Source of the DNA: a virus
Lineage: Duplodnaviria; Caudoviricetes
Strand: one strand, 5' to 3'
DNA: 63,208 nucleotides
IMG/VR virus record: IMGVR_UViG_3300030406_003636
Span: 1 to 63,208 of that record
In this document: in pieces, positions 61,791 to 63,208 of the stretch
Layout of the letters: every line of letters starts with the position of its first letter
Numbering within the stretch: position 1 is the first letter of the stretch
Notes under the pieces: generated by a model
What the model saw: the letters and a program-made list of their open reading frames with translations, nothing else
The model's database searches: none
Told to the model about the DNA's origin: nothing
Made by a program: the position numbers and the translations under genes

Positions 61791-62465
61791 ATGAAAAAGA
61801 ATAAAAAACAAATGCCATTGCAAAATGGTGAAGAACTTAAACCAATCATGATAAAACCTAACATGGGAAGAATGATCAAGCCTATGGCTAAATTCCCTGA
61901 TTTATCTGGTGATGGTAAAGTAACACAAAAAGATATATTAATGGGTAGAGGTGTTATTAAAAAGCCTAAAGTACAAAACGCAAAAGCTGTTATAATGAGA
62001 GGCGTAACAGCAGAAGATCAACCTACTGATCCACTAAAAGATATACAACAAAGAGTAGTTGATCTCGGTAGAACAGCACGAAAAACTAGAGATCCTAAAG
62101 AAAGAGAAACAGCAATGGGTTTAAGAAAAGCTGCAATTATAGAAAGAGATAACTTATTGCACGCAAGACAACAAGACGCAAGGAAAAGAGGTGGTATGGA
62201 TGCTCTTAGATCAAAAAAAGAAGACGATATGAAGAAAATATCAGGTGTAAAGCCTAGTATGCAAAAACAAAAAACAAATAAAACAAAACCTACTATGATA
62301 AAGAAGAAAGCAAAAATGATGAAAAAACCTAAGCTAGGTAAAAAGCCTAAGCTAGGTAAGAAACCTTCAATGATGAAAAAGCCTAAACTTGGTAAGAAAC
62401 CAACTATGGCAAAAAAGCCTAAAATGGGTCATAAAAAACCTAAGATGGGCCACAAAAAGAAATAG
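61791..62465 (+). CDS. Lys-rich repeat protein (histone H1-like tail) with DxSGDG loop
   Basis: PDLSGDGKVTQKDIL; C-terminal KKPKLG/KKPKMGH repeats. Confidence 0.7.
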   Translation: MKKNKKQMPLQNGEELKPIMIKPNMGRMIKPMAKFPDLSGDGKVTQKDILMGRGVIKKPKVQNAKAVIMRGVTAEDQPTDPLKDIQQRVVDLGRTARKTRDPKERETAMGLRKAAIIERDNLLHARQQDARKRGGMDALRSKKEDDMKKISGVKPSMQKQKTNKTKPTMIKKKAKMMKKPKLGKKPKLGKKPSMMKKPKLGKKPTMAKKPKMGHKKPKMGHKKK

Positions 62466-62510
62466 GTTATATTTTATAACCATTTTGTTTAACCAATTAA
62501 AACCAATACT

Positions 62511-62807
62511 ATGACGTATTTTTATAGAACCTACTCGTGGTCATCACAAGGTGATAATCAAGGAGTATCCGAAAACACCATTAATCTTTGGAAACATCTT
62601 GCAGATAAAAAGAACTGGAGGATAGTCCAACTACCTAATGGATACTTTCAAACCGAATACCAAGACATCGAAAAAGATACTTGGTATGATGTTACAAGAC
62701 GTGAAACTATGGAGAGTGCCGAAGCTGCTATTGATGGTAGCATCGAGCATTACGAAAAAAGGCTAGACTTTTTAAAAGGGCCTAAAGTAGTAAAAACGTT
62801 TAAATAA
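62511..62807 (+). CDS. Conserved hypothetical protein
   Basis: NWRIVQLPNGYFQTE...DVTRRET; upstream of groEL. Confidence 0.65.
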   Translation: MTYFYRTYSWSSQGDNQGVSENTINLWKHLADKKNWRIVQLPNGYFQTEYQDIEKDTWYDVTRRETMESAEAAIDGSIEHYEKRLDFLKGPKVVKTFK

Positions 62808-62831
62808 TCATAAACACTAAAATTAAATTTA

Positions 62832-63208
62832 ATGGAATATAATAATCCGACTGAGATCGTAAAGGATCTTAATTTTGGTGACATCGCCAAAAATCAAATT
62901 GTAGCTGGAGTAGATAAATTAGCTTCAGCGGTAAAATCTACCCTTGGCGCGTCAGGTAAATGTGTTATTTACGAAGACGCTAGGGGTAAACCGGTGATTA
63001 CAAAAGACGGGGTAACGGTAGCGGAATCCGTTGTCTTATATGATCCGGTTGAAAACATAGGTGCTACACTAATTAAAGAGGCATCTAAAAATACAGTGAA
63101 AGAAGCAGGTGACGGTACTACTACAGCTATCGTGCTTGCTCAATCACTATTAAACAACATAAATAATGATAAAGCTGTTAAACAAAATAATTGTTCTATT
63201 AGAGAAGT
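62832..63208 (+). CDS. groEL: Chaperonin GroEL, N-terminal part (continues across the junction; full protein ~527 aa)
   Basis: ATG 62832, MEYNNPTEIVKDLNFG...AVKSTLGASGKCV...ITKDGVTVAE...EAGDGTTTA, in frame with 2..1384. Confidence 0.95.
   Translation, partial: MEYNNPTEIVKDLNFGDIAKNQIVAGVDKLASAVKSTLGASGKCVIYEDARGKPVITKDGVTVAESVVLYDPVENIGATLIKEASKNTVKEAGDGTTTAIVLAQSLLNNINNDKAVKQNNCSIRE
63032..63208. repeat. Terminal overlap copy 2
   Basis: Direct repeat of 1-177. Confidence 0.97.

Noticed and set aside
63032-63208. Physical direct terminal repeat
   Set aside because: It falls in the middle of groEL and is better explained as a circular assembly overlap
1-63208. Stop-codon recoding, introns/inteins, integrase
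   Set aside because: Genes are intact and densely packed in code 11; terL, nrdA and the helicase are uninterrupted; no recombinase motifs seen

Overview
Apparently complete, circularly permuted ~63.03-kb dsDNA tailed-phage genome. Bases 1-177 recur at 63032-63208 with 2 mismatches, and groEL spans the junction. The low GC, A/T-rich leaders lacking Shine-Dalgarno motifs, GroEL/GroES, and the terminase-portal-scaffold-capsid-tail/ejection gene order suggest a lytic podovirus-like phage of marine Bacteroidota (Cellulophaga phi38:1-like architecture; inferred, not searched). The + arm (61791 through the junction to 45363) carries chaperonins, a 2759-aa modular tail fibre, packaging/head/tail genes, a 2224-aa polyvalent ejection protein, lysis genes and a cluster of small basic Cys-paired proteins. 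The - arm (~61.5 kb down to 45398) carries small early genes, ligase, a sigma-70 factor, ERF/exonuclease, primase-helicase, a dCMP-hydroxymethylase-like enzyme, MazG-like proteins and class I RNR. I recognised no DNA polymerase, RNA polymerase, integrase or canonical tRNA. The best candidate for an undescribed system is a putative injected polyprotein with zincin, sigma-region-2-like, HNH-like and HAD modules separated by repeated [QN]-[FD]-S-[KR] linkers. It is paired with six exactly spaced non-host early promoter motifs (RCAA-N6-TACG-N9-GGATAMTA), which are bracketed by two inverted 45-bp palindromes. Also notable are a structured tRNA-like ncRNA, a 14-bp DNA repeat at tail-fibre module junctions and a cytosine-specific thymidylate-synthase homologue.
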